From assembly GCA_934085675.1 (NCBI GenBank), contig CAKOHH010000005.1, positions 899 through 64,898 on the forward strand: a DNA stretch of 64,000 nt. The letters are read 5' to 3'. The notes beneath the pieces were generated by a model. The model saw only the letters and a program-made list of their open reading frames with translations. It was not told the origin of the DNA and ran no database searches. The position numbers and the translations under genes are program-made. Shown in pieces: positions 38,921-52,906 of the stretch (its first letter is position 1; every line of letters starts with the position of its first letter). This DNA is from an uncultured Bacilli bacterium (GTDB lineage: Bacteria; Bacillota_I; Bacilli_A; RF39; UBA660).

Positions 38921-39421
38921 ATGAAAAAAATAAAAGAGTTATGGGATAGAAATCGTGTCTTATTTGTTTTGACGACAATCGTTTTAGTATGTTTAATTTT
39001 AATGTCTGTTGTTATTGTTCGTTACTTCGTGGGTAATGGCACAGGTAACTATGGGGATAGATTAGAGAGTATTGAAAAAATACCTTTAGAAGAAGCCGAT
39101 AAGGAGGCTATCATCAGTAAATTTAAAGAAAATGAAAGTGTTAGTGACGTTAGTATTCATTCTCAAGGTAAAATTATTTATATTCGTGCTACTTTTGCAA
39201 ATGTTACCGCGGATAGAGCTAAGGAAATTGCCTCTTCAACTTTAGAGGTTATATCTGATAAGTATTTAAATAATTATGACATTCATTATACTTTAATTAG
39301 TAATGCAACTGAAAGCGCTACAGGATTCATTGTAATGGGTGCAAAAAATATTGGCGAAGCTCAAAAACAAATTATTTGGGGTAGTGTCATAACAAAGGAA
39401 ATTCAAAGTAAAGAGGAATAA
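38921..39421 (+). CDS. Hypothetical membrane-anchored protein (166 aa)
   Basis: Single N-terminal TM with an extracytoplasmic alpha/beta-looking domain. Stop lies 1 nt before the next start. Confidence 0.45.
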   Translation: MKKIKELWDRNRVLFVLTTIVLVCLILMSVVIVRYFVGNGTGNYGDRLESIEKIPLEEADKEAIISKFKENESVSDVSIHSQGKIIYIRATFANVTADRAKEIASSTLEVISDKYLNNYDIHYTLISNATESATGFIVMGAKNIGEAQKQIIWGSVITKEIQSKEE

Positions 39422-39422
39422 T

Positions 39423-41426
39423 ATGAAAAAGAATAAGTTTAAAATCTTCATAACAGCTATCATCGTTATTTTAATTGTTGTCTTAGGAATTTTAATTTTT
39501 AAAAATGACCAATATAAATTATCATCAGCTGAAAAGTCTTGGATAACAAATAATGCCAACTCTATTTTAAATGTTAATGTTATTAATGATACCAATATTT
39601 TTGGTAAATTAGGTAAAGGTGTTTTTTACGACTTCTTACAAGATTTTAAAGATGAATACAATCTTAAAATAAATAATGTTATGGTTGGTAAAAATGAACA
39701 AGAAAATAATATTTCTTTTATTGTTACGGATACTAAAAATGCCAATGCTTTAAGTTTTTATGAAGATCATTACATTGTTGTTTCTAAAAAAAGTGAATTT
39801 ATTAATTTAGATTCTTTAACAAATCAAAAAATTGGTATTTTAAATTTTACAGAAAAAACAGTTAAAAATTATTTTAATAATCAAGCAGTTAGTTTTACGA
39901 ACTATTCAAATTTTAGTGATTTAAGAAACGCTTTAAATAATGGTACAATTTCTTATATTATTGTTCCTAGAATGGAATATGTTGATGAAGTTTTAAAAAA
40001 TAAATTTAATATTAGTTATCATTTAAGTGATTTAAAAAGATATTTCTATGCGACTGATAGTACCTCATCTACTTTATTTCAAATTATGACTAAGTATTTT
40101 CATAGTTGGTCTAAAAAAAGTTTAGAAGATGAAATATTTTCTGGAGAAAGAAGTGTTTTTCAAGACGCTTTAAGTATTACAGATGCTTCTATTGATGAAA
40201 TAAAAAAACAAACTATTCGTTATGGTTTTGTAAATAATGCTCCATATGAAGTTTATGGTGATGGCAATTTTGGTGGTATTTTAGCCTGCTATATTAAAGA
40301 CTTTGCTAAGTTTTCCGGAGCGGACATTGAATATGTTAAATATGCTTCTTTGAAAAAAATGAATAAAGATATTAATAACATTAATCTTTACTTTAATTAT
40401 AATACATCTCTAACAAATGGCTCTATTGTTGAAACGAATTTACCACTTTTCTATGATGTTTATGCTTCTTCTTTGAATGATACTCTTATTCATTCTTTCA
40501 ACTCATTAAAAGATATTACTCTTTATGTTGAGAATAACTCCTTATTACAACAAAATTTAAGTAAAATTCAGGGGTTAAAAATAGAAACTTATGAAAAAGA
40601 TAAATTAGATAAAGTTTTAAAAGATGAAAAAAACATCATTATTATTGATTCTTTAGTGGGTAAGTATTTAGAAAAAAGTACTTTAAAAAATTACACAAGT
40701 CGTTATCATAGTTATTTAAATGTAAACTATTCTATGAAGTCTACTCAAAGCGAAGATTTTAACTTATTAATGACAAAATACATAAGTTATGTGGATAATA
40801 ATCTTATGGTAGAAAAAGGAATGTATTCTGCTTCTGTTACAGAATCTAAAGGAGCATTCGTTAATAGCTTAGCTAAATATTTATTATATAGTGTTCTAGT
40901 TATTCTAGTTATCTTATTTATTATTTACCGTTCTAGTAAAAAAGTAAGAATGCAAAAGAAAATAAAAAAAGAAGATAAATTAAAATTTGTTGACCAATTA
41001 ACCTCTTTAAAAAATAGAAATTATTTAAATGAAAATATGCTTAATTGGAATAAAAATACGCTTTATCCTCAATGTGTTATTATGATTGATTTGAAAAAAA
41101 TTCAAGAAATCAATGATACGTTAGGCTATGAAGAAGGGGATAATCAAATTAAAAGTGCTGCGAATAGTCTTATTAAAACACAATTAGATAATACAGATAT
41201 TATTAGAACAAACGGTAATGAATTTATGATATATTCTATCGGTTATAATCAAAAACAAATTACAAGTTATATTCATAAGTTAAGTAAAGAATTAAATAAT
41301 TTACCTTATAACTATGGGGTATGTATTACTTATAGTATGATTGAAAATGATTTAAAATCAATAGAAGATGCGATTAATGAATGCGTTGAAGATATCAAAA
41401 ATCAAAAAGGAAAAGATACAAAATGA
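39423..41426 (+). CDS. Membrane receptor with periplasmic SBP-like domains and a degenerate GGDEF domain
   Basis: TM, about 450-aa extracytoplasmic region (IRYGFVNNAPYEVYGDGNFGGILACYIKDFA resembles SBP_bac_3), second TM, then a GGDEF fold with NGNEF in place of GGDEF and DLKK in place of DxDxF. Confidence 0.65.
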   Translation: MKKNKFKIFITAIIVILIVVLGILIFKNDQYKLSSAEKSWITNNANSILNVNVINDTNIFGKLGKGVFYDFLQDFKDEYNLKINNVMVGKNEQENNISFIVTDTKNANALSFYEDHYIVVSKKSEFINLDSLTNQKIGILNFTEKTVKNYFNNQAVSFTNYSNFSDLRNALNNGTISYIIVPRMEYVDEVLKNKFNISYHLSDLKRYFYATDSTSSTLFQIMTKYFHSWSKKSLEDEIFSGERSVFQDALSITDASIDEIKKQTIRYGFVNNAPYEVYGDGNFGGILACYIKDFAKFSGADIEYVKYASLKKMNKDINNINLYFNYNTSLTNGSIVETNLPLFYDVYASSLNDTLIHSFNSLKDITLYVENNSLLQQNLSKIQGLKIETYEKDKLDKVLKDEKNIIIIDSLVGKYLEKSTLKNYTSRYHSYLNVNYSMKSTQSEDFNLLMTKYISYVDNNLMVEKGMYSASVTESKGAFVNSLAKYLLYSVLVILVILFIIYRSSKKVRMQKKIKKEDKLKFVDQLTSLKNRNYLNENMLNWNKNTLYPQCVIMIDLKKIQEINDTLGYEEGDNQIKSAANSLIKTQLDNTDIIRTNGNEFMIYSIGYNQKQITSYIHKLSKELNNLPYNYGVCITYSMIENDLKSIEDAINECVEDIKNQKGKDTK

Positions 41427-42250
41427 AAAAAAAGTTAAGTGATTTTGGAAAAAGAATATTCGGGATGTTATCTCGTAATGATATGCTTATTTTACCAGGT
41501 CAATTAGCTTTTTTTCTTCTTTTAGCTGTTGTACCAACTATTACATTAATTATTTATTTTGCCTCTATATTTAATGTTTCCGTTAATTTTTTAACTAATT
41601 TTTTAACCAAGGCTTTTGGCAGTGAAGTGGCAAAATTAATTGTACCCATTATTAATGATATTCAATTAAATCCCAGTTTACTAGTTCCTCTTTTAGTTGC
41701 TTTATATGCAGCTTCAGGTGGAGCAAGTTCTCTTATAGTTACCTCTAATCAATTATATGGAATTGAAAACACAAATTTTATTCATCGTAAAATAAAAGGA
41801 CTTATGATGACCATTATCTTAATTGTTATTGTTGTTTTTTTACTTTTAATTCCTGTTTTTGGTGATAAATTAATCGAATTAATTGAATTTATTAATTTCA
41901 ATGATACCTTGACAAATATTTTTTCCTTTACGATTCATTTATCGAAAACACCACTGTCATGGTTATTAATCTTTTTCCTTATTAAAGTCGTTTATACGAT
42001 GGCACCCGATGATGTTGTTCCGAGTACTTGTACTACCAAAGGCTCTTTATTTACGACATTTGGACTTGTAATTAGTACTTCGATTTATTCAGCATATGTT
42101 AATAACATGGCCCATTATGACGTTTTATATGGTGGGTTATCTCATTTTGTTGTTCTTATGATTTGGTTTTATATTATATCTTATATTTTAACGATAGGAA
42201 TTGCCATCAATGGTGATGATGTTAAAATTTGGAAAAATAATAAAAAGTAA
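41423..42250 (+). CDS. YihY/BrkB-family membrane protein
   Basis: Six-TM protein with the family N-terminus (LPGQLAFFLLLAVVP). ATGA overlap with the upstream gene. Confidence 0.75.
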   Translation: MKKKLSDFGKRIFGMLSRNDMLILPGQLAFFLLLAVVPTITLIIYFASIFNVSVNFLTNFLTKAFGSEVAKLIVPIINDIQLNPSLLVPLLVALYAASGGASSLIVTSNQLYGIENTNFIHRKIKGLMMTIILIVIVVFLLLIPVFGDKLIELIEFINFNDTLTNIFSFTIHLSKTPLSWLLIFFLIKVVYTMAPDDVVPSTCTTKGSLFTTFGLVISTSIYSAYVNNMAHYDVLYGGLSHFVVLMIWFYIISYILTIGIAINGDDVKIWKNNKK

Positions 42251-42350
42251 AATAGTCATATTAAAACTAAGACACACCAGTATTAAATGTGTCTTATCAT
42301 GTTAATTGTTAAATTTAAGAGAATTTAAAATTAACCTTAATACTGAAAAA

Positions 42351-42381
42351 GGAAAGTAGGGAGAATTACTTTTCTTTTTTT
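42351..42381 (+). terminator. Rho-independent terminator
   Basis: GGAAAGTA/TACTTTTC stem (one G-T pair), 8-nt loop, T7 tract. Confidence 0.65.
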
Positions 42382-42419
42382 GGACAATGTGTTAAAATGT
42401 TTTTGCATTACGAGAGGAA

Positions 42420-43931
42420 ATGAAACAAATGAAAAAAATATGTATGGTTATTTTAGATGGTTTTGGCTATAGTGACAATAAATTAGGAAACGCTGTTATG
42501 ATGGCTCCACCTACTAACTTTTTGAATTTATGGAAAAAATATCCTCATAGTTTATTAGAAGCAAGTGAAGAAGCTGTTGGTCTACCTAAAGGACAATTTG
42601 GTAATAGTGAAGTAGGTCACATGACTATTGGCGCCGGTTATAAAATTTTACAATCTAATGAACTTATTAATTCTTTTTTAGATGGTGATTATCATCAAAA
42701 TGAAGTATTCGAAGAACTTTTAAATAAAGCTCGTGAAGAAAATAAAAGAATTCATTTAATTGGTTTAACAAGTGATGGCGGGGTTCATGGTAATATTGAA
42801 CATACCTTAAAATTGTTAGACATCTTTGCTAAAGAAGGTATTAAAGATGTTTATGTTCACGTCATTAGTGATGGTAGAGATACTGATATTCACTCATTAT
42901 ATAGTTATATTTCTATGTTAGAAGAAAAAATGAATACTCTTCATGTTGGTAAAATTGCTTCTATCTGTGGTCGTTATTATGCGATGGATCGTGATAAAAA
43001 CTTTGAAAGAACTAAAAAATATTATGATCTTATTGTAAATGGCGAAGGTATTTTAGCTGAAAATATTCCCAAAGCGATTCAAACTTGTTATACCAAAGAT
43101 ATTACGGACGAATTTATCCCTCCATTAAAAACAACATCTTATCAAAAGATTGAGGAAGACGATATTATACTATGGACCAATTATCGTATTGATAGAGCTA
43201 AACAAATTATGAGTGCTCTAGCTTCTAATAATTTCCAAGATTTTGAAATTAAAGATGTTAAATTTAATGCTTATTCTTTTTTACCTATTGATTCTAAAAT
43301 AAAAGCTAAAAATATCTTAGAAAGGGCTAAAATAGAAATGCCATTAGGCGTATATTTATCTAAACTAGGTCTTACACAAGCTAGGGTAGCAGAGACAGAA
43401 AAATATGCTCATGTTACTTATTTCTTTGATGGTGAAAGCAATGCTTCTCTAGAAGGATGTCAAAAGTTTTTAATTCCATCTCCTAAAGTAGCAACTTATG
43501 ACTTGAAACCAGAAATGAGCGCGATTGATGTTACTAAAAAAGTAGTTAATTGCATGGATAAAGATTATGATTTTATTTTAGTTAATTATGCTAATCCAGA
43601 TATGGTTGGTCATACTGGTAACTTAGAAGCAACTATTAAAGCCTGTGTTACCGTAGATTTATGTTTGAAATTACTTGCTGAAAAAGCCGAAGAAAATTTT
43701 TATACTTTAGTAGTTTTAGCAGACCATGGTAATGCGGATAAAATGCTTGATGAACAAGGTAATCCTGTTACCACTCATACAACAAGTTTAGTACCTTTTA
43801 TTATTACAGATGAAAAAGTAAAACTTGAAGAAAAGGGTGCTTTACCTAATGTCGCTCCGACTGTATTAGATTATATGCAAATAGCTTTACCAAAGGAAAT
43901 GAAAGAAACAAAAAGTTTACTTATTAAATAA
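42420..43931 (+). CDS. gpmI: 2,3-bisphosphoglycerate-independent phosphoglycerate mutase
   Basis: ILDGFG, NSEVGHMTIGAG, ISDGRD, NPDMVGHTG and ADHGNA motifs. Confidence 0.96.
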   Translation: MKQMKKICMVILDGFGYSDNKLGNAVMMAPPTNFLNLWKKYPHSLLEASEEAVGLPKGQFGNSEVGHMTIGAGYKILQSNELINSFLDGDYHQNEVFEELLNKAREENKRIHLIGLTSDGGVHGNIEHTLKLLDIFAKEGIKDVYVHVISDGRDTDIHSLYSYISMLEEKMNTLHVGKIASICGRYYAMDRDKNFERTKKYYDLIVNGEGILAENIPKAIQTCYTKDITDEFIPPLKTTSYQKIEEDDIILWTNYRIDRAKQIMSALASNNFQDFEIKDVKFNAYSFLPIDSKIKAKNILERAKIEMPLGVYLSKLGLTQARVAETEKYAHVTYFFDGESNASLEGCQKFLIPSPKVATYDLKPEMSAIDVTKKVVNCMDKDYDFILVNYANPDMVGHTGNLEATIKACVTVDLCLKLLAEKAEENFYTLVVLADHGNADKMLDEQGNPVTTHTTSLVPFIITDEKVKLEEKGALPNVAPTVLDYMQIALPKEMKETKSLLIK

Positions 43932-43934
43932 GAA

Positions 43935-43962
43935 AAACGTTTGGGAGAACCAACGTTTTTTT
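43935..43962 (+). terminator. Rho-independent terminator after gpmI
   Basis: AAACGTT(T)GG/CCAACGTTT stem with a 1-nt bulge, followed by a T-tract. Confidence 0.7.
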
Positions 43963-44022
43963 GCTTTGAATGTGGTTTTTTAACAGGAATACTGTTATAA
44001 TTATTCTAGAGGTTTGATAAAC

Positions 44023-46104
44023 ATGATAGATTTAAGCAATTTAAATGAATTACAAAAAAAGGCTGTAGAACATATTGATGGCCCGTGCTTGGTTATTGCT
44101 GGAGCAGGCTCTGGTAAAACAAAAGTTTTAACAACGAGAATTGCCAATTTAATAGCAAATGGCGTCCCATCTTATCAAATACTAGCTATCACCTTTACCA
44201 ATAAAGCCGCTAAGGAAATGAAGGAAAGAATCGCTGGTTTAACATCTTTTACAGACGCTTTTGTCGGAACTTTTCATAGTTTTGGTATGAGAATTATTAG
44301 AGAAAATGTTGAAGCATTAGGGATGAAACGTAATTTTACTATTTTAGATACCGATGATGTCACCAGTCTTATTAAAAAAATATTAAAAGAAAAAGGATAT
44401 GACCCCAAAGAAGTATCACCTTATTTTGTACGTAGTAAAATTAGTTTTATTAAAAATGAAATGTTAACTCCTTATGAAATTGAAAAATATTTTATAGATG
44501 ATTTAGAAAAGATAGCTTATGAAGTTTATTTAGAATATAATAGCATTTTACAAAAAAATAATTCTGTAGATTTTGATGATTTATTAAGACTTCCTGTTTT
44601 ACTCTTTGAACGTCATCCAGAGATTTTAGAAATTTATCAAAATAGATACCGTTATATATTGATTGATGAATATCAAGATACGAATGAAGTACAATATAAA
44701 ATGGTCAAATTATTAGCTAAAAAAAGAAGAAACTTATTTGTAGTAGGTGATCCCGACCAATCTATTTATCAATTTAGGGGTGCTAATTATAAAAATATTT
44801 TAAATTTTGAAAAAGATTATCCAGATACTAAAGTGATTTCTTTAGAAGATAACTATCGTAGTACCAAAATGATTTTAGATGCCGCGAATGATGTTATTAA
44901 AAATAATCAAAATCGTAAAGAAAAAAATTTAAGAAGTCATCATGGCGAGGGTTCTAAAATAAAATATATGCGTGCTTCCGATGAAAAAGAAGAAGCTCAC
45001 TTTATTATAAGAGAAATTCGTAAATTATTAGAAGAAGGTTATCAAAAGAAAGACATCGCAGTTTTCTATCGTACAAATGCCCAGTCTCGTTCTTTAGAAG
45101 AACAATTTTTAAAAAGCAATATTCCTTATAAAGTAGTGGGTAGTTTTTATTTCTACTCACGAAAGGAAATTAAAGATTTAATTAGTTATTTGAAACTCAT
45201 TTTAAATCCATCTGATGATATTAGTCTTCGAAGAGTTATTAATACTCCTAAAAGAGGAATTGGTAATGCAAGTATTGATAAGTTAGAAGCAAGAGCTTTA
45301 GAAAAGAAAACAAGTATGTTTGAAACTATAGAAAGTGGTAAAGAACAAAATTTTAAAGATTTAATTACTACTTTACAAGAAGATGCAAAAAGTTTAAGTT
45401 TAACTGAACTAGTAGAAGATGTATTAAACAAATCCGGTTTAAGACAAGAACTTGAAAATGAAAAGTCCTTGGAAGCTGAATTAAGGCTAGATAACTTAAA
45501 TGAGTTTAAAAGTATTACTGCTAATTATGAAAAAGAAACTGGTAGTGTTGATTTAGGAGATTTCCTAGAAGAAATTAGTCTTGTGGCTGATATGACAGAA
45601 CATAAAGAAGAAGGTGACGAGGTTACCTTAATGACTCTTCATAGTGCCAAAGGTTTGGAGTTTCCGGTTGTTTTCTTAACAGGTATGGAAGAAGAATTAT
45701 TTCCTCATTTAAATAGTTTAATGGAAAAAGACGGTTTAGAGGAAGAAAGAAGACTTTGCTATGTTGGAATTACTAGGGCTAAAGAAAGACTTTATTTAAC
45801 GAATGCTCGACAAAGAATGCTTTATGGACGTACAAATCAAACGATGCCAAGTCGTTTTCTAGATGAAATATCAGATGATTTGATTGAAAATTTAAGCAAT
45901 GAAAGAACGTTTGTTTCAAAGGCAAATATGTATAATAATAGTGATAACACCGATTATCAAGTAGGCGACATTGTGATTCACGAAATGTTTGGCCGTGGTG
46001 TTGTTGTTGGAGTCGATAAAACTTTAATAAGTATTGCTTTTGGAAAACAATATGGTATTAAAAAATTGATGAAAAATCATAAAAGTTTAAGGAAGGTAAG
46101 TTAA
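44023..46104 (+). CDS. pcrA: ATP-dependent DNA helicase PcrA/UvrD family
   Basis: AGAGSGKT motif I, TFTNKAA, DEYQDTN, VGDPDQSIYQFRGA, TLHSAKGLEF, LCYVGITRAK. Confidence 0.95.
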   Translation: MIDLSNLNELQKKAVEHIDGPCLVIAGAGSGKTKVLTTRIANLIANGVPSYQILAITFTNKAAKEMKERIAGLTSFTDAFVGTFHSFGMRIIRENVEALGMKRNFTILDTDDVTSLIKKILKEKGYDPKEVSPYFVRSKISFIKNEMLTPYEIEKYFIDDLEKIAYEVYLEYNSILQKNNSVDFDDLLRLPVLLFERHPEILEIYQNRYRYILIDEYQDTNEVQYKMVKLLAKKRRNLFVVGDPDQSIYQFRGANYKNILNFEKDYPDTKVISLEDNYRSTKMILDAANDVIKNNQNRKEKNLRSHHGEGSKIKYMRASDEKEEAHFIIREIRKLLEEGYQKKDIAVFYRTNAQSRSLEEQFLKSNIPYKVVGSFYFYSRKEIKDLISYLKLILNPSDDISLRRVINTPKRGIGNASIDKLEARALEKKTSMFETIESGKEQNFKDLITTLQEDAKSLSLTELVEDVLNKSGLRQELENEKSLEAELRLDNLNEFKSITANYEKETGSVDLGDFLEEISLVADMTEHKEEGDEVTLMTLHSAKGLEFPVVFLTGMEEELFPHLNSLMEKDGLEEERRLCYVGITRAKERLYLTNARQRMLYGRTNQTMPSRFLDEISDDLIENLSNERTFVSKANMYNNSDNTDYQVGDIVIHEMFGRGVVVGVDKTLISIAFGKQYGIKKLMKNHKSLRKVS

Positions 46105-46106
46105 TT

Positions 46107-46462
46107 ATGACAAATTTAGATTTATTAGGTGCAGAAATTTATAAAAGAGGCAAAAATGCCAGTATTATTTTTAAGGGAAATCGACCTTATTTGGTGTGGC
46201 AAAGTACACAAGAACAACGTTTACAAAAATTAAATCCAAGTTTATTCTCTTCTTATAAAGAATTAGAACAAGTTTTAAAATGTGTGAACAATGCCTATCT
46301 TTTAATATCTTATACGGATAACTATTATAGAACGACTTTATTTTGCGGAAGAAGCGTTTTTGAAGCCAGTGATATAGACTTAAATCAATGTATTATTTTA
46401 TTAAATGAACAAGTGAGATTAGCAAAAAAAGGCGTGGAAGCACAAGTAGGGGGAATAAGAAA

Positions 46463-46466
<4 letters not shown>
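46107..46466 (+). CDS. Hypothetical protein (119 aa) embedded in the pcrA-ligA operon
   Basis: Intact ORF, starts 3 nt after the pcrA stop, ATGA overlap with the next gene. No recognisable motif. Confidence 0.45.
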
Positions 46467-49379
<2,913 letters not shown>

Positions 49380-49380
<1 letters not shown>

Positions 49381-50018
49381 TAGTCTTCGTAAATCGCATC
49401 AATATAATAAATAGGTCTACCTTCTTTAAAATATTGCTTTTCATAATTGGTCATAATATTAGGAATTTGTAGTTCATCATGATGTAGGTCCATACTTACT
49501 CTTTTAAAAGTATACCAATAAGATGAAAGATACTCAATAGAACGAGCAATGTAACCTTTATTATCTGTTTTGACAATAATATGTTTTTTCTTTTTGAATA
49601 TTTTATCGTAAAGTTTCAAATAAACAGGATGAGTTAATCTTTTTCTTTCATCAATTTTTTTTGGCCATGGTTCTGGAAATGTAAGATAAATAGTATCAAT
49701 TTCTTTGCCAAAAACAGTATCTAAATAAGTCGCATCCATACAAATAAGTTTTAAGTTAGGCAAATTTTTATTATTTAAATTATTAACAGCATTTACCATT
49801 TGTGATTCATTGATTTCAATTCCTATAAAGTTTTTATTAGGGTAAGTCTTAGCCATATCAATAATAAAATCTCCTCTACCCATACCAATTTCAATACATA
49901 TAGGGTTATTATTTTTGAACACGTCTTTCCACTTATTTTTAAAGTTTTTGGGGTTTGTTACGAGATAGTTTGATTTTTTGATGATATCTTCAGCATTTTT
50001 AATTTTAATATATTCCAT
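49380..50018 (-). CDS. trmB: tRNA (guanine46-N7)-methyltransferase
   Basis: CIEIGMGRGDF SAM motif, LTFPEPWPKK motif, 212 aa. Confidence 0.92.
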
Positions 50019-50208
50019 AATTTTGTCCGTCCTTTTCGTTCTTTATTATAGCATATGAATGGTAAAAAACCTAGACAATCTGGTTTTTTAAAAACAATGT
50101 CAAAATAGTATAGTTTTTAATGTAAACTTATCAAAAAATAGCGATGATTAGAAAATATTAATGTAAAATAAAGATAGAATTAGAATATAAAAGTGAGGTA
50201 AGCAGAAC

Positions 50209-52845
50209 ATGATAAGATTATTTTTCATAAAAAGCAAATTAAAAAATAAAAATTTGATAAATAACAATGACGATAAAATATTAGAAAAATATATAAATAT
50301 TGCCAAGAAATCAAAAGAAGAAATATTACAAGAATTTAATACAAATATAGAAAAAGGTTTAACAACAAAAGAAGCTAATTTACGTTTAGAAAAAGATGGG
50401 GAAAATGTTGTTGTTAAAGATGATAAACACTCCTTTATATATTTCTTTATAAATTCTTTTAATGATAAATTTATTTTTATTCTCCTTCTTTTAGCAATAA
50501 TAAATAGATTAGTCGGCAGTGATACAATAGGTACGATTATTATTTTAGCAATTGGTTTTATAAGTGCGATGATAAAATTCTTCCAAAATTATTCTACTTA
50601 TAAGTTTAATAGAAAATTAAAAAGTGAAATGTTTTCAACAGCAATTGTTTTAAGAAACGGTAAAGAAGTAAGTCTTAGAACAGAAAAAGTTGTTAAAGGA
50701 GATATTATTCATTTAAATGCTGGGGCTATTATTCCAGCCGATGTCATTATTATAGAAAATAAGGATTTATTTTTAAATCAATCTGTTTTTACAGGAGAAA
50801 GTGCACCGATTGAGAAAAAAAACTTATTTAATGATACGAATGAAATATTTTCTTTATCGAATGTATGCTTGATGGGAACAAGTGTTATAAGTGGTAATGC
50901 AATTGCTGTTGTTATTAATACAGGCTTTAAAACTTATCTAGGAAGCATGGGTAAACAAATTGATAACAAAAGAGAAATGACAAATTTTGAAAAAGGAATG
51001 AATGAAATCACGAAGTTATTAATTAAATATATGGTTGTGGTTTCTATCGCTGTCTTTTTCATTTATGCTTTTATTCGAAAAGATATTTTAGAGGCCATTT
51101 TATTTTCTTTGTCTGTCGCGGTAGGTATTACGCCAACGATGTTACCTATGATTGTGAATGTTAATTTAACTAAAGGAACAAAAACGCTTGCAAAGAAAAA
51201 AACATTAGTAAAAAACATTCAAGCTATTCAAAATTTGGGCGCTATTGATGTTTTATGTACTGACAAAACAGGAACATTAACCTTAGATAAAATTGTTTTA
51301 CAAAAATACATCAATGTTGAAGGAAAAGAAGATTTATCTATATTAGAATATGCTTTTTTAAATAGTTACTATAGTACAGGCATGAAAAATCTGGTTGATA
51401 AAGCGATTATAACTTATGGTCTCGAACATAAGATAAAAGATCAAATCGTGACTTATGAAAAAATAGATGAAATACCCTTTGACTACACTAGAAAAAAAGT
51501 AAGTGTTGTTGTTAAACATGAAAACCATTATAGAATCATTACCAAAGGAGCTTTAGAGGAAATATTAAAGGTTTGTAAGGATGTTAAGATTAATGAAACA
51601 TATAAACCATTAACAAAAGATATGCTGGAAAGTATTAATAAAAATGCTGAAAGCCTTGCTAAAGAGGGCATGCAAGTCATTGCACTTGCTTCTAAAAAAG
51701 AATACCGAGGTAAAGATATTTTTGATAGTAATGATGAAAAAGATATGACCTTTATCGGGTTTGTTGCTTTTTTAGATCCACCTAAAAAAGAAGTTAAAAG
51801 TACTATTCAAAAGTTAAATGAATATGGCGTAACCACTAAAATATTGACCGGGGATAATCCTTATGCTACAGAAAATATTTGCCATTTAGTAGGAATAGAA
51901 AATAAAGAAATATTACTTGGTTCAGATATTGATAAAATGGATGATACTAAACTTTCTAAAAAGGTAGAAGAAGTAAATGTTTTTGCCAGAATGAATCCTT
52001 TACAAAAAGAGAGAATAATAAAAATACTTAGACAAAATGGCCACGTTGTTGGTTATATGGGTGATGGAGTAAACGATGCCCCATCATTACATAATGCGGA
52101 TGTAGGAATCTGTGTAAATACAGCCACGGATATTGCTAAAGAAGCAAGTGATATCATTCTATTAGAAAAAAGTTTAAAAGTTGTTTTTAATGGGGTTATC
52201 GAAGGAAGAAAAGTATACGGTAACATCATAAAATATATGAAAATGGCTTTAAGTTCTGATTTCGGTGATGTCTTTAGTATTTTTCTTGCCAGTATTTTCT
52301 TACCATTTCTACCATTATTACCTATTCAAATGTTGATTCAAGATTTTTTGTATGATTTTTCTCAAATCGGTATACCTTATGATAATGTTGATGAAGAATT
52401 TTTACTTAAACCTAAAAAGTGGAACACAAAAGGATTAGGAACATTCATGAATGTAATGGGACCAGTAAGTTCTATTATTGATGTTTTAGCTTTTTTAAGT
52501 TTTTGGTTTATCCTTGGTTACAACCAAACGGCAAGTGAAAGTTATTTTCAAACGTCTTGGTTTGTGGAGTGTTTGATAAGTGAAACTTTAATTATTCATT
52601 TTATCAGGACGTCCAAAGTTCCTTTCATTCAGTCAAAAGCAAATCCTATATTAATGTGTTTAACGACAGTTACGATAGTAGGGACAATACTTGCTCCAAT
52701 AGTTTTACATAATATTAAATCTTTTCATTTTGAATTATTACCACCATTATACTATGTGCTAGTAGTAGGCTTAACTGTTTTATATGTAATTTTAGTTCAA
52801 ATTGTAAAGAAAATATACATTAAGAAATTTGGAAACTGGTTGTAA
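50209..52845 (+). CDS. mgtA: Magnesium-translocating P-type ATPase
   Basis: TGES, DKTGTLT, TGDN and GDGVNDAPSL motifs. MgtA-type N-terminus (GLTTKEANLRLEKDGEN), 10-TM layout. Confidence 0.9.
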   Translation: MIRLFFIKSKLKNKNLINNNDDKILEKYINIAKKSKEEILQEFNTNIEKGLTTKEANLRLEKDGENVVVKDDKHSFIYFFINSFNDKFIFILLLLAIINRLVGSDTIGTIIILAIGFISAMIKFFQNYSTYKFNRKLKSEMFSTAIVLRNGKEVSLRTEKVVKGDIIHLNAGAIIPADVIIIENKDLFLNQSVFTGESAPIEKKNLFNDTNEIFSLSNVCLMGTSVISGNAIAVVINTGFKTYLGSMGKQIDNKREMTNFEKGMNEITKLLIKYMVVVSIAVFFIYAFIRKDILEAILFSLSVAVGITPTMLPMIVNVNLTKGTKTLAKKKTLVKNIQAIQNLGAIDVLCTDKTGTLTLDKIVLQKYINVEGKEDLSILEYAFLNSYYSTGMKNLVDKAIITYGLEHKIKDQIVTYEKIDEIPFDYTRKKVSVVVKHENHYRIITKGALEEILKVCKDVKINETYKPLTKDMLESINKNAESLAKEGMQVIALASKKEYRGKDIFDSNDEKDMTFIGFVAFLDPPKKEVKSTIQKLNEYGVTTKILTGDNPYATENICHLVGIENKEILLGSDIDKMDDTKLSKKVEEVNVFARMNPLQKERIIKILRQNGHVVGYMGDGVNDAPSLHNADVGICVNTATDIAKEASDIILLEKSLKVVFNGVIEGRKVYGNIIKYMKMALSSDFGDVFSIFLASIFLPFLPLLPIQMLIQDFLYDFSQIGIPYDNVDEEFLLKPKKWNTKGLGTFMNVMGPVSSIIDVLAFLSFWFILGYNQTASESYFQTSWFVECLISETLIIHFIRTSKVPFIQSKANPILMCLTTVTIVGTILAPIVLHNIKSFHFELLPPLYYVLVVGLTVLYVILVQIVKKIYIKKFGNWL

Positions 52846-52866
52846 AATATCTAAATTTCTACTTTA

Positions 52867-52906
52867 AAGTAAGTAGCTAACAAAAAGGGCGTACTTACTT
52901 TTTTGT
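52867..52906 (+). terminator. Rho-independent terminator after mgtA
   Basis: AAGTAAGTA/TACTTACTT perfect 9-bp stem, 16-nt loop, T-tract. Confidence 0.7.

Noticed and set aside
50019-50208. Possible Mg2+ riboswitch (M-box) or leader upstream of mgtA.
   Set aside because: I could not find the conserved M-box core elements. Only a weak AACCTAGA/TCTGGTT hairpin with a T-run is present, which is insufficient to call. An Rfam scan would settle it.
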